Shown one piece after another: positions 9,658 through 18,469 of a stretch of 64,000 nucleotides of DNA. Each line of letters opens with the position of its first letter. The stretch's first letter is position 1. The stretch is from an uncultured beta proteobacterium. GTDB taxonomy: Bacteria > Pseudomonadota > Gammaproteobacteria > Burkholderiales > SG8-39. Where the stretch lies: the NCBI GenBank assembly GCA_903859155.1, contig CAIOLO010000063.1, positions 10,408-74,407 of the forward strand, read 5' to 3'. The position numbers and the translations under genes were made by a program. Below the pieces are notes generated by a model. It worked only from the letters and a program-made list of their open reading frames with translations. It ran no database searches and was not told the DNA's origin.

Positions 9658-10505
9658 GCAGCGCGACTTTGATCGGCACTGCCGATCTGCAGGCGCGCCT
9701 CGATGATCCGTCGCTGGTGCTGATTGACTGTCGCCACGACCTTGCTAAACCAGCCTGGGGCCGTGAAACCTACGCAAGCGCGCATATTCCCGGGGCGCGC
9801 TTCCTGCACCTGGATGAAGATCTGTCGACCAAACCGAATGGTCGTAACGGCCGCCATCCCTTGCCGGATCCGCTGGTGTTTGCACAGACGCTATCCCGCG
9901 CCGGCATAGGCAATGGCAGCGAGGTCATCGCCTATGACTCTCAGGGAGGCATGGTGGCGTCGCGGCTGTGGTGGATGCTGCGCCATTGGTTAGGGCACCA
10001 ATCGGTTGCGGTGCTCGACGGCGGCTGGGATGCCTGGCTCGCCGAATCGCGCCCGGTTTCCGCCCTGGTGCCCAATGTTATTGTCGCGGAGTATTCCCCC
10101 TCGATTGCGGCAAATGTGGTCGATGCGGGTTTCGTCCTTGAGCACCTTAAATTGCCAGGAATGACACTGATCGATGCGCGTGCGCCGGATCGCTATCGCG
10201 GCGAAAACGAAACCATGGACCCCGTGGGCGGCAGGATTCCGGGAGCGCGCAATCGCTTCTTTCGCGACAACCTGGATGCCAACGGAAGATTCAAATCCGT
10301 GCAGGTCCTGCGCCAGGAATTCGCAGCGCTTACCGCAGGAGCGCATCCCGGCAACGTGGTCCATCAATGCGGATCCGGGGTGTCGGCCTGCCATAACATC
10401 CTGGCGATGGAGGTTGCCGGACTTGCAGGTTCGCGCCTTTACGCGGGTTCCTGGAGCGAATGGTGCAGCGACGCGTCGCGGCCGGTGGCTCGTGGGCCCG
10501 CGTAA
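9654..10505 (+). CDS. sseA: 3-mercaptopyruvate/thiosulfate sulfurtransferase (tandem rhodanese)
   Basis: 283 aa with two rhodanese halves and active-site loop HQCGSGVSACH (CGSGV motif). Confidence 0.85.
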   Translation: MSSATLIGTADLQARLDDPSLVLIDCRHDLAKPAWGRETYASAHIPGARFLHLDEDLSTKPNGRNGRHPLPDPLVFAQTLSRAGIGNGSEVIAYDSQGGMVASRLWWMLRHWLGHQSVAVLDGGWDAWLAESRPVSALVPNVIVAEYSPSIAANVVDAGFVLEHLKLPGMTLIDARAPDRYRGENETMDPVGGRIPGARNRFFRDNLDANGRFKSVQVLRQEFAALTAGAHPGNVVHQCGSGVSACHNILAMEVAGLAGSRLYAGSWSEWCSDASRPVARGPA

Positions 10506-10638
10506 CCATTGAAAGACGCTCTCGGCTGGATTGATCTGTTGGCGGCATTTGCCATAAGCTAATCCAATTTGATTGGTTCAATTTTCCATGCCCAATACTC
10601 AACATTGGGAAATTGTGCCACTCCGGGCAGGCAGACAC

Positions 10639-10875
10639 GAGCAGGTGAGCAATGAAGACGCCATTGCCTACGCGCGGCGCCTGACGCTCGATGAGGGCAT
10701 TCTTTCGGGAATTGCAGGCGGCGCAGCGGCCGCAGTGGCCGCGCGCCTGGCCAAGCGGCCGGAAAACCAGGGGAAGACCATTGTGGTGGTGTTGCCCGAC
10801 TCGGGCGAGCGTTACCTCAGCTCCGTGCTCTTCGAAGGCGTGTTTGACGCGACCGGGCTTCCCGTTGTCGCGTAG
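10639..10875 (+). pseudogene. C-terminal fragment of cysteine synthase (CysK/CysM), last ~80 aa only
   Basis: [34 protein letters not shown]...[20 protein letters not shown] aligns to the CysK C-terminus. The upstream part is replaced by AT-rich non-homologous DNA. Confidence 0.7.
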
Positions 10876-10895
10876 AACTCATTTCGGGATGGCTT

Positions 10896-10922
10896 AAAAA
10901 AGGGGCTAATCGCCCTTTTTTT
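10896..10922. terminator. Bidirectional rho-independent terminator
   Basis: AAAAAAGGGGC-taatc-GCCCTTTTTTT lies between convergent genes, with A- and T-tracts on both sides. Confidence 0.65.
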
Positions 10923-10950
10923 CGGGGGGCAATGGCCGGCGCCGCGATGC

Positions 10951-11775
10951 TCAGCGCCGATGCTGCCAGCGTACCAGTCGCGACTCGATCCACAGCAGGC
11001 TTTCGTTCAGCGACAGGCCCAGTACGGAGAGCACCACCAGCACGGCGAAGACGCGATCGGTCTGGAATGTCTGTGCAGCGGTGCTGATCAGGTAGCCAAG
11101 GCCCGAACTGGAGGAGAACAGTTCGCCGACGATGATGCTCACCATTCCCAGGGCGGCCGACTGGCGCATGCCCGTCAATATGAAGGGCACAGCAGCAGGC
11201 AGCGCAACCGCCCATAGCAGTTGCCGGTCATTGGCGCCGAAAGATTGCGCCATGCGTATCAAGGTGATATCGGTGCCGCGGATGCCGGCTATGGTGCTGA
11301 TGAGCAGCGGGAAAAATGCCAGCATCGCGACGATGGCCACTTTGTAGCTCAGGCCGAAGCCAAACCAGATCAGCAAGAGCGGTATCAGGGCACTGCGCGG
11401 TATAGCGTAGACCGCTGAAAAAAATGGCTCGAGCGTATCGCGCAGCAGCCGGTACCAGCCCATGGCGACACCAAGTGATACCGCTGCTATTACGGAAGCT
11501 CCCCAGCCAATGAAAAAGCCTGTGGCTGTCGATTGCAGGTGTTCCCAGAATCCGGGGTCGGAAAGCAGTCTAGCCAGCGCCACGACCACCAGTGTCGGGG
11601 CGCTGCCGAATTTCACATCGATCAAACCTTGCCTGCTGAATAGCTCCCAGGTCAGCAGAAAAAGGAAGATGAATCCGCCGCCGAGTACCGGGCGTTGCCA
11701 TGAGGTGTTGCCTGTCGACGATGGTTTAGGCGGGGCAAGAAAGTCCTCGGAAGCGGTTTCAAGCTGCGTGCTCAT
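10951..11775 (-). CDS. ABC transporter permease (nitrate/sulfonate/bicarbonate NitT family, SsuC/TauC-like)
   Basis: 274-aa polytopic protein, last gene of the minus-strand operon. Overlaps the ATPase gene by 17 nt. Confidence 0.85.
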   Translation of the reverse strand: MSTQLETASEDFLAPPKPSSTGNTSWQRPVLGGGFIFLFLLTWELFSRQGLIDVKFGSAPTLVVVALARLLSDPGFWEHLQSTATGFFIGWGASVIAAVSLGVAMGWYRLLRDTLEPFFSAVYAIPRSALIPLLLIWFGFGLSYKVAIVAMLAFFPLLISTIAGIRGTDITLIRMAQSFGANDRQLLWAVALPAAVPFILTGMRQSAALGMVSIIVGELFSSSSGLGYLISTAAQTFQTDRVFAVLVVLSVLGLSLNESLLWIESRLVRWQHRR

Positions 11776-12577
11776 CGTTCATCGCCTTTGCGTTTTGATT
11801 CTGGAGCAGCTTCCAGATATTCAGTTCAATTGCCGTAAATGCCGAGTCCCGCTTGATTTCCGGCGGCCGAGGGCGCTTCAGGTCGATATCCACAATCTGC
11901 TGCACCCGCCCCGGTCTGGCCGACAGCACATAAACACGATCGGCCAGATAAACGGCTTCCTCGATGTCGTGGGTGACGAACAGCACCGTCTTGCGGTCGC
12001 GTTCCCAGATGGTCAGCAGTTCGCTTTGCATGGCCTCGCGCGTTTGCGCGTCCAGGGCGCCGAAGGGCTCGTCCATCAGCAGAATGCGCGGGTGCGGCGC
12101 GAGCGCGCGCGCAAGATTGACGCGCTGGCGCATGCCGCCGGAGAGTTCCGAGGGGTAATGGGTTTCAAAACCGCGCAGACCGACCAGATCGATCAGCGCT
12201 TCGGTGCGTTCACGTGCGGTTTCCCGATCAAGCTTGCGCCGCAGTTCCATGCCGAAAGAAATATTGTCGCGCACGGTTCGCCACGGCAGCAGTGAGGGGT
12301 CCTGAAACACCACGGCGCGTTCCTCGCCGGGGCCGGTTATCTTGCGGCCATCGAGCAGCAGGGAGCCGCCATCGAGTTCGATCAACCCGGCGATGCAATG
12401 CAGCAGTGTCGATTTGCCGCAACCGCTGGGCCCGACGATGGCGATGAATTCGCCGTCTGCAGCAGTCACCGATATGCCATCAAGCGCCCGCGTGGCACTG
12501 CCGCGACGCGACTGAAATATCTTGGTAATGCCTCTGGCCTCGAGGCCGCGATTCGGCGTGCATTGCGGAGTGTTCAT
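11759..12577 (-). CDS. ABC transporter ATP-binding protein (SsuB/TauB-like)
   Basis: Walker A GPSGCGKST, signature LSGGMRQR, Walker B LLMDEP. Start taken at the MNTPQ codon just after the SBP gene. Confidence 0.85.
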   Translation of the reverse strand: MNTPQCTPNRGLEARGITKIFQSRRGSATRALDGISVTAADGEFIAIVGPSGCGKSTLLHCIAGLIELDGGSLLLDGRKITGPGEERAVVFQDPSLLPWRTVRDNISFGMELRRKLDRETARERTEALIDLVGLRGFETHYPSELSGGMRQRVNLARALAPHPRILLMDEPFGALDAQTREAMQSELLTIWERDRKTVLFVTHDIEEAVYLADRVYVLSARPGRVQQIVDIDLKRPRPPEIKRDSAFTAIELNIWKLLQNQNAKAMNDEHAA

Positions 12578-12588
12578 GGTACTGCTGC

Positions 12589-13590
12589 CTACTTGCGGGA
12601 CTTGAGCACTTCGCGCAGCGGGCCGAAGTTCCAAACCTGGGATATGGGAATGTTCTGGGTGTTGCCCTGGCCCTTCTTGACCGATTCGAGCGTGGCGCGC
12701 AGGGCCTCATCGCTGGTCAGGCCGTCCGCCGGCATATCGCGCAGGACCACCTCATAAGCCTCTTCCGAGGCGCCGCGGCTGTAATTCATCACCCGCTTGG
12801 TATATTCATAGACGCCTTCGCGATCGCTGCGCATGCTCTGGATCGCATCCAGTGACGCCCTCAGAACATTGGCAACCAGTGGCGCGCGCTCGGCAATGAT
12901 TTTATCGGTGGTGCCGACAACGGCAGCCGGGCTGCCGGGAATGTATTTGGCTACGGTGAACACTTCATGCAGTCCGAGTTCTTCCGCAAGGGTGCGCGAA
13001 GCAGGGAAGCTTGCAAAGGCATCTGCCTGACCGCGTCTGACCAGTTCGAGATTGACCTGAGGTGCCCCACGGCTCACCACCCAGGTGACATCCTTGTCCG
13101 GATCAACGCCATTACGTCTCAACACATCCTTGACGCTGTCATAGGGGGCGATGACGCGTTTGCTGCGCAAATCCTGGATGGTTTTGACCGCAGGACCCGC
13201 ATAGACCCCTAGATTGTCCTTTGCTGTCACCATAATTGTCTTGAGTGGCACACCGCGCGCGGCCGCCTGCTGCAGTTGCACGCCGCTGCTGATGAATTGA
13301 ATCTGGCCGCCGGCAAGTGCTGCGACTGGATCTGCGACATTGTCAATGATCTGTATGTCAATGCCGTATTTGGCGAAGAAGCCATGCTCCTTGCCCCAGT
13401 AAGCGTAAATGTGGTTGACCGAAGTTCGGTTGGCCGAAACGGTGACAGCCTCCAGTTTCGCCTGAGCCAACGCGCCAGAAGACCATCCGGCGCATGCGGC
13501 GGCACCAGCCATCATTAATACGAGGGATTGCATGACAAGCTTGCGACGCAGGGGCAGGCCGTTTGGGTTGGAGGACGTTGCGGTATTCAT
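12589..13590 (-). CDS. ABC transporter periplasmic binding protein (NMT1/SsuA-like)
   Basis: 333 aa with an N-terminal signal region (RRKLVMQSLVLMMAGAAACAG...ALA) and an SsuA/NMT1-type body. Confidence 0.8.
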   Translation of the reverse strand: MNTATSSNPNGLPLRRKLVMQSLVLMMAGAAACAGWSSGALAQAKLEAVTVSANRTSVNHIYAYWGKEHGFFAKYGIDIQIIDNVADPVAALAGGQIQFISSGVQLQQAAARGVPLKTIMVTAKDNLGVYAGPAVKTIQDLRSKRVIAPYDSVKDVLRRNGVDPDKDVTWVVSRGAPQVNLELVRRGQADAFASFPASRTLAEELGLHEVFTVAKYIPGSPAAVVGTTDKIIAERAPLVANVLRASLDAIQSMRSDREGVYEYTKRVMNYSRGASEEAYEVVLRDMPADGLTSDEALRATLESVKKGQGNTQNIPISQVWNFGPLREVLKSRK

Positions 13591-13639
13591 TGTTGCTGGC
13601 TACTTTAAGTGGAGGGTTGAAAATCGGGGAGAGGCAAGC

Positions 13640-14116
13640 TCAGCTCGCTTCGGCGGCTGTGGCGGTCATAGTGGCCGGTGACTCGATGATCTCGAAATCG
13701 GTGACGATCTTTGCGACATGCTGCAAAGTGGCAGCGATCGAGCATGATCCATAACAGGCGCCCAGCGATGAGCGGAGAATCTCGGGATCGAGATCAGTGC
13801 CGCTGACGCGAAACAGCAAATGGATGAGCCGGAACACCTGTGGCGGATTGGCATCGATGGTTCCCGAAACACAGATGTTCAAGGTGCCGATCTTCTGACC
13901 GGCGTCGCGCAGCGCCGCGATGAAGCTGGTGCCCGAACATCCCGCCAGCGCGATCAGCAGCAGGTCGCGGGCGGCGAAACCGTCGCCGCCACCGGGCACG
14001 CCGAGCTTGCCGGCCATGTCGACCGATACTTCGAATCCATTGACATCCTTGCCGACGAATAGCGCGCGTGCCGGATCGACGGCGACCTCAACTGATCGCG
14101 ACAGCTTTTTGTTCAT
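13640..14116 (-). CDS. OsmC/Ohr-family protein
   Basis: Start MNKKLS. Two Cys regions typical of OsmC (LIALAGCSGTSF and GACYGSCSIAATL). The start overlaps the upstream gene's end by 29 nt. Confidence 0.75.
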   Translation of the reverse strand: MNKKLSRSVEVAVDPARALFVGKDVNGFEVSVDMAGKLGVPGGGDGFAARDLLLIALAGCSGTSFIAALRDAGQKIGTLNICVSGTIDANPPQVFRLIHLLFRVSGTDLDPEILRSSLGACYGSCSIAATLQHVAKIVTDFEIIESPATMTATAAEAS

Positions 14117-16475
14117 TTTGTGATGCTCCAGTTTGGGTTGCAATACGGCGCAGGGTGCAGGGATAGGCCTTGACTGGGACTGAGCCGGAAATTGGGTCCA
14201 GCGCGTCATTAGTCATGATGAAATTGACGTTGGCGCCATTGCCGGAAAGCGGATCCTGTCCAGGTAGGCCCAGTTCTTCGCAGGCCTCCCACCATCCGGT
14301 TTGCGTGGCTACAACGCCGGGCGCCACCTCATCGGTCACGCGCGCTTCAAGCCGGATTTCTCCAGCCATGGTTTTCACGGCAACGACCTCGCCGCTGACA
14401 ATTTGAAAATCGCGTGCTGTCGCTGGATGAATCTCCAGATAGGGGACCGGTGCCTCAGCGCGCAGTTTCGGAATGCCGCGCCCCTGGCTGTGGCAGTACT
14501 GGGGCAGTTTGTGCGAGGTGAGTATCAGCGGGAATTCCTCGCCATGCGAGAGACGGCCAAGCACCGAGGGGAGCGGGTCGTAGCCATGATCGAGGAATTC
14601 CTGCGCGTAGATTTCAAGCTTGCGGCTGCGGGTTTTAAGGCCCTGCACGACACCGGCGGCATTTTTGTTGCGATATTTTTTGTAGGTCTGTCGGATCTCA
14701 ACGTTGATGCCGCCGGGATGGGCTTTGACATCCTCAAGCGTGAGTCCGGACTGGGACAGCGTAAAGCGAAACGCTTCCTCGACATTTCCCTGCCAGAAGT
14801 GCTCACCCATGCCCAGGGCAACGGCCAGATCCAGTATCAACTGCAGATCGGTACGCGATTCATGTTGAGGCGGCAATGCCGCCGGACGGTACTGCACGTA
14901 GGACAGCGTTGTCGGGCCGCCATCGAATCCCGTGCAGAGAAACGGCGCCTCCCAGGGGGTTGTCGTCGGTAGCAGGATATCTGCCGTTTCCGACGATGGG
15001 TTGGGGAAAAGGTCCGCGTGCACCTGGAAGTCCAGTGCTTCAAGGGCGCGCCGGCCCTTGGCGGCATCGCCGTTCTGCAGCAACAGATTGCCGCCGAACA
15101 TGACCAGGGCGCGGGCGCGGTACGGGCCTTCGCCCAGCGCCGCAGCGTAGAAGTTGTAGGCCTGAACCGTGCGCCGCGCGGCGCTCAAGGGGCGCTGGGC
15201 AAGGCCCAGACGCTTGGCTGCCTGCGCTTTGCCCAGCAGGTCATTGCCGCCGATGCCGGGCGCCGGGATTTCCGCGAATGACACGTTGCCGCCTTCAGCG
15301 TCTATCCAGCCGGTCAGTCCGTAAAGAATGCACAAGGCACGATTGATCTGTGCGGTATCGATGTGCTGTTCGACGCCGTTGTAGGTGTAATAGCTCAACG
15401 GACCTTGCGAGCCTATGGCGCGGGCCAGTTCTTCGATGGTGGCGACGGGTACGTCGGTGCTCAGCGAGGTCTGCTCCGGCGTTTGTGCGGCCACGCGTTC
15501 GGCAAGAAGCGCGAAGGCCGAACGCACTCGAACCCTGCCATGGCCGGTCAATTCGAGTTCAGTATCCACTTCAAGCGCGGGATCGATGCCCCATTCAGCC
15601 GGGTCTTTGCTGACATCGATCGTTGCAGCTTTCCGGGTCTTGGAATCGAAGACCACGTAATGGTCTGCCTCGGCGGCACCGATGTCCCGGCCGCGCAGCA
15701 ATTCCCTGGTGATCGGCGATACCAGAAAGGCGGCATTGGTCCAGTGCTTGACGAAATCCTGATCGAACAGCCGGTCGCGCAGCAGAATATGAACAAGACC
15801 CAGGGCCAATGCGGCGTCTGAGCCGGGGCGCAACTGCACCCACAGATCGGCCTTGGAGGCGGTCACGGTGCGGCGCGGATCGACGACAATCAGCTTCGCC
15901 CCGTTGCGCTGGCCATCGTGAATGCGGCGCCAGTTCTGGATATGCGCGGAGGCGGGGTTGTGGCCCCAGATCAGAATGGTCTTGGACGCTTCAAAATGCG
16001 GCGTCGGCATGCCGGTACCAAAGGTGTAGATTGAGCCCGCCTCGCGCCCCCACTGGCAGATATGCGAAGTGGTGATGACATTGGGGCTGCCAAAGCCCCG
16101 CGACAGGCGCTCGAAAAACGGCGCCCAGTCATTGGCCTGGCTGCCCCCGGGCGCAGGGCGTCCGAACACTACGGCCTCCGCGCCTGACTCCGCCTTGATC
16201 TGCAATAAGCGGGAGCTGATCGTGGCCAGAGCTTCTTCCCAGGAAATCGGTACAAATCCCGGATCCTTCGCGGATTTCGGATTGGTGCGTTTCATCGGCG
16301 TGCGTATGCGCCCGGCATTGTGCACAACCTCCGGTGCCGCGACGCCTTTCACGCAAAAGCCGTTATTGGGATGATCCCGGTCGGCGCGAACCGCCGTCAG
16401 TCGGCCATCCTCGACCGTGGCAATGGATCCGCACTTGGATTTGCAGTGCGCGCAGTAACCTTTGATTTCAGCCAT
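14088..16475 (-). CDS. Cytoplasmic molybdopterin (bis-MGD) oxidoreductase with N-terminal 4Fe-4S motif, substrate unknown
   Basis: 795 aa. N-terminus has CAHCKSKCG...GFCVKG (C-x2-C-x3-C...C), candidate Mo-ligand region SHICQWG, and ILIWGHNP...VVDPRRT blocks. No Tat or Sec signal. Confidence 0.85.
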   Translation of the reverse strand: MAEIKGYCAHCKSKCGSIATVEDGRLTAVRADRDHPNNGFCVKGVAAPEVVHNAGRIRTPMKRTNPKSAKDPGFVPISWEEALATISSRLLQIKAESGAEAVVFGRPAPGGSQANDWAPFFERLSRGFGSPNVITTSHICQWGREAGSIYTFGTGMPTPHFEASKTILIWGHNPASAHIQNWRRIHDGQRNGAKLIVVDPRRTVTASKADLWVQLRPGSDAALALGLVHILLRDRLFDQDFVKHWTNAAFLVSPITRELLRGRDIGAAEADHYVVFDSKTRKAATIDVSKDPAEWGIDPALEVDTELELTGHGRVRVRSAFALLAERVAAQTPEQTSLSTDVPVATIEELARAIGSQGPLSYYTYNGVEQHIDTAQINRALCILYGLTGWIDAEGGNVSFAEIPAPGIGGNDLLGKAQAAKRLGLAQRPLSAARRTVQAYNFYAAALGEGPYRARALVMFGGNLLLQNGDAAKGRRALEALDFQVHADLFPNPSSETADILLPTTTPWEAPFLCTGFDGGPTTLSYVQYRPAALPPQHESRTDLQLILDLAVALGMGEHFWQGNVEEAFRFTLSQSGLTLEDVKAHPGGINVEIRQTYKKYRNKNAAGVVQGLKTRSRKLEIYAQEFLDHGYDPLPSVLGRLSHGEEFPLILTSHKLPQYCHSQGRGIPKLRAEAPVPYLEIHPATARDFQIVSGEVVAVKTMAGEIRLEARVTDEVAPGVVATQTGWWEACEELGLPGQDPLSGNGANVNFIMTNDALDPISGSVPVKAYPCTLRRIATQTGASQNEQKAVAIS

Positions 16476-16702
16476 GTAGACACTCGATTGGTAAGAAAAG
16501 TTGGAAGCGCATGCCCATCACCCCTGCAGCCGGCCAATGCGACTGGCGCATGCGGACACTCACGATTGCCCAAGCCGCATCGGGCGGTTTGACAGGCATT
16601 GCCCCTCTCAATGGGAACGAAAGGGTAGCAGAATAGATGAATTGAACTTTAGGAGGAACGAAGAATTTCTGCTGTTCTTATGATGCGAAAAATTGATCAA
16701 TA

Positions 16703-18469
16703 TCAAATCGGAAGGCGCTGATCTGGGGTTTGTCCTTCGACGCCCGCGCATTCCTCGAAAATCCGCGCGGTGCAGGTGGTGCAGACGGAGCGGTCCAGGC
16801 GCTGGAACACGCGGTTGAAGGCTTCGCGTTTGCCGCGGAACATGTGGTCGCTGCCGAATTCGTCGAGGTAACCACCTTCCTCGAACATCCGGATCACGGG
16901 CTTGCGCAGGCTGTAGAAATACAGGTCGCCGCCCATCTCGCGGCGTTTTTTTACTTCGCGGCGCAGCAGGTCGGCGCCGGCCAGGTCGACGGTGTTGATG
17001 CTTTTCGACATCAGCAGCAGATGTTTCTGCGCGGGTTGCGCTTTGCGCAGTTCATCAAAATGATCCTCGACATACTCGATCGCGCCGAAGTACAGCGATC
17101 CTTCGATGCGCAGGATCTTCATCTGCGGACATTCGTGAAAGCCGGCCTCGACTTCAAGCATGTTGCGCTCGGGAACGCGCGGGTCGGGAATGAGGCTGCG
17201 CAGCGCCGGATGGGAGGATTGATTGAGATAGACAAGAAGCGAAAGCACCACGCCGGCGAGAATGGCGATCTCAAGGCTCAATAACAAGGTTGCGGCCATG
17301 GTCACGGCGAGTACCGCGGTTTCACCGCGGTCTGTCGAGACGATATGTTTCATGTGGGCCAAATCGACCAGCCCCCATGCGACCAGGAACAGCAGGCCGG
17401 CGACTGCCGCCATCGGAATGTGGCCGGCCAGCGGCGCGAAAAAAAGCACGATTAACGCGAGCAGCACCGCCGCGAATGCCGCCGCCAGAGGAGTCCTTGC
17501 GCCGGCGTCGTAATTGAGTCCGGTGCGGTTGAACGAAGCGCTGGAGGGGTAGCCGGAGAAGAACGCCGCGGTGATATTCGACAGGCCCTGGCCGATGAAT
17601 TCCTGGTTGGCATCGATGCGCTGCCCCGATCTCAGCGCCACTGCGCGCGCAATCGACATGGCCTCGGTGATCGAGAGGACCGTGACGGCAATGGCAATGC
17701 CGGCGAGGTTGCGCAAGGTCTCCGGGGAAAAATCGGGCGAAGAAAGCGGCGGCAGCCCTGCAGGGATCGCGTTCACCCAACGCAGGCCGGCCGATTCGCC
17801 CACCATGGCACGGACCAGCGCCGCCGAAATGCATCCGGCCCCGATTGCCGCGATCATGTAAGGGAATCTCGGCATGAACCGGCGCGTCGCGATTCCCGCC
17901 AGCAAAGTGGTGAGGGCGACTGCGAACGTCCACGGTTGCGTCTCGGAGAGCCGGGCCACGGACTGAAACAGCGCCAGCAGCGGCTCAGTGCCCCGCGGGA
18001 TGTCGATGCCGAAAAAATCGCGCAGCTGGCTGGCGATTATGAGGATACCGGCACCGGCGGTGAAGCCGACCACCACCGTATGCGAAATGAAATTGACCAG
18101 CGCGCCGGCGCGCACCAGGCCCATCGCGAGCATCAGCGCGCCCGACATGAACGCCAGGGTGAAGGCATGGCTGATGTATTGAGGCGAGCCAGGCAGTGCG
18201 AGCGGTGCGAGCGTTGCAAATACCACCAGAGACACCGCGTTGGTGGGCCCGGACACTGCGTGCCATGACGAGCCGAAAAATGCCGCGACAAACGCCGGCA
18301 CCATGGCGCAGTACAGGCCGTACTCGGGGCCGACGCCGGAAAGAATGCCAAAGGCAATCCCCTGCGGCAGCACCACGATCGCCCCGACCAGCGCGGCGAG
18401 CAGGTCGGCGCGCAGCGTGGTCCCGGTGACCATCGGCCACCAGCGCAGGAAAGGAAATGCGCGCTTCAT
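16703..18469 (-). CDS. SulP-family anion permease with C-terminal STAS domain
   Basis: 588 aa. N-terminus LRADLLAALVGAIVVLPQGIAFG is typical SulP. STAS-like tail ends in the Cys motif VCTTCTARIFEEC. Confidence 0.9.
   Translation of the reverse strand: MKRAFPFLRWWPMVTGTTLRADLLAALVGAIVVLPQGIAFGILSGVGPEYGLYCAMVPAFVAAFFGSSWHAVSGPTNAVSLVVFATLAPLALPGSPQYISHAFTLAFMSGALMLAMGLVRAGALVNFISHTVVVGFTAGAGILIIASQLRDFFGIDIPRGTEPLLALFQSVARLSETQPWTFAVALTTLLAGIATRRFMPRFPYMIAAIGAGCISAALVRAMVGESAGLRWVNAIPAGLPPLSSPDFSPETLRNLAGIAIAVTVLSITEAMSIARAVALRSGQRIDANQEFIGQGLSNITAAFFSGYPSSASFNRTGLNYDAGARTPLAAAFAAVLLALIVLFFAPLAGHIPMAAVAGLLFLVAWGLVDLAHMKHIVSTDRGETAVLAVTMAATLLLSLEIAILAGVVLSLLVYLNQSSHPALRSLIPDPRVPERNMLEVEAGFHECPQMKILRIEGSLYFGAIEYVEDHFDELRKAQPAQKHLLLMSKSINTVDLAGADLLRREVKKRREMGGDLYFYSLRKPVIRMFEEGGYLDEFGSDHMFRGKREAFNRVFQRLDRSVCTTCTARIFEECAGVEGQTPDQRLPI

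Noticed and set aside
16476-16702. Possible riboswitch (Moco or guanidine-I/ykkC type) in the 227-nt leader of the molybdoenzyme/ABC operon.
   Set aside because: I could not find the conserved cores I remember for these classes, such as a CUAGGGUUCCG or GGUCCGAGAG-type segment, only generic GC-rich pairings. It would need an Rfam/Infernal scan to settle, so it is not claimed.
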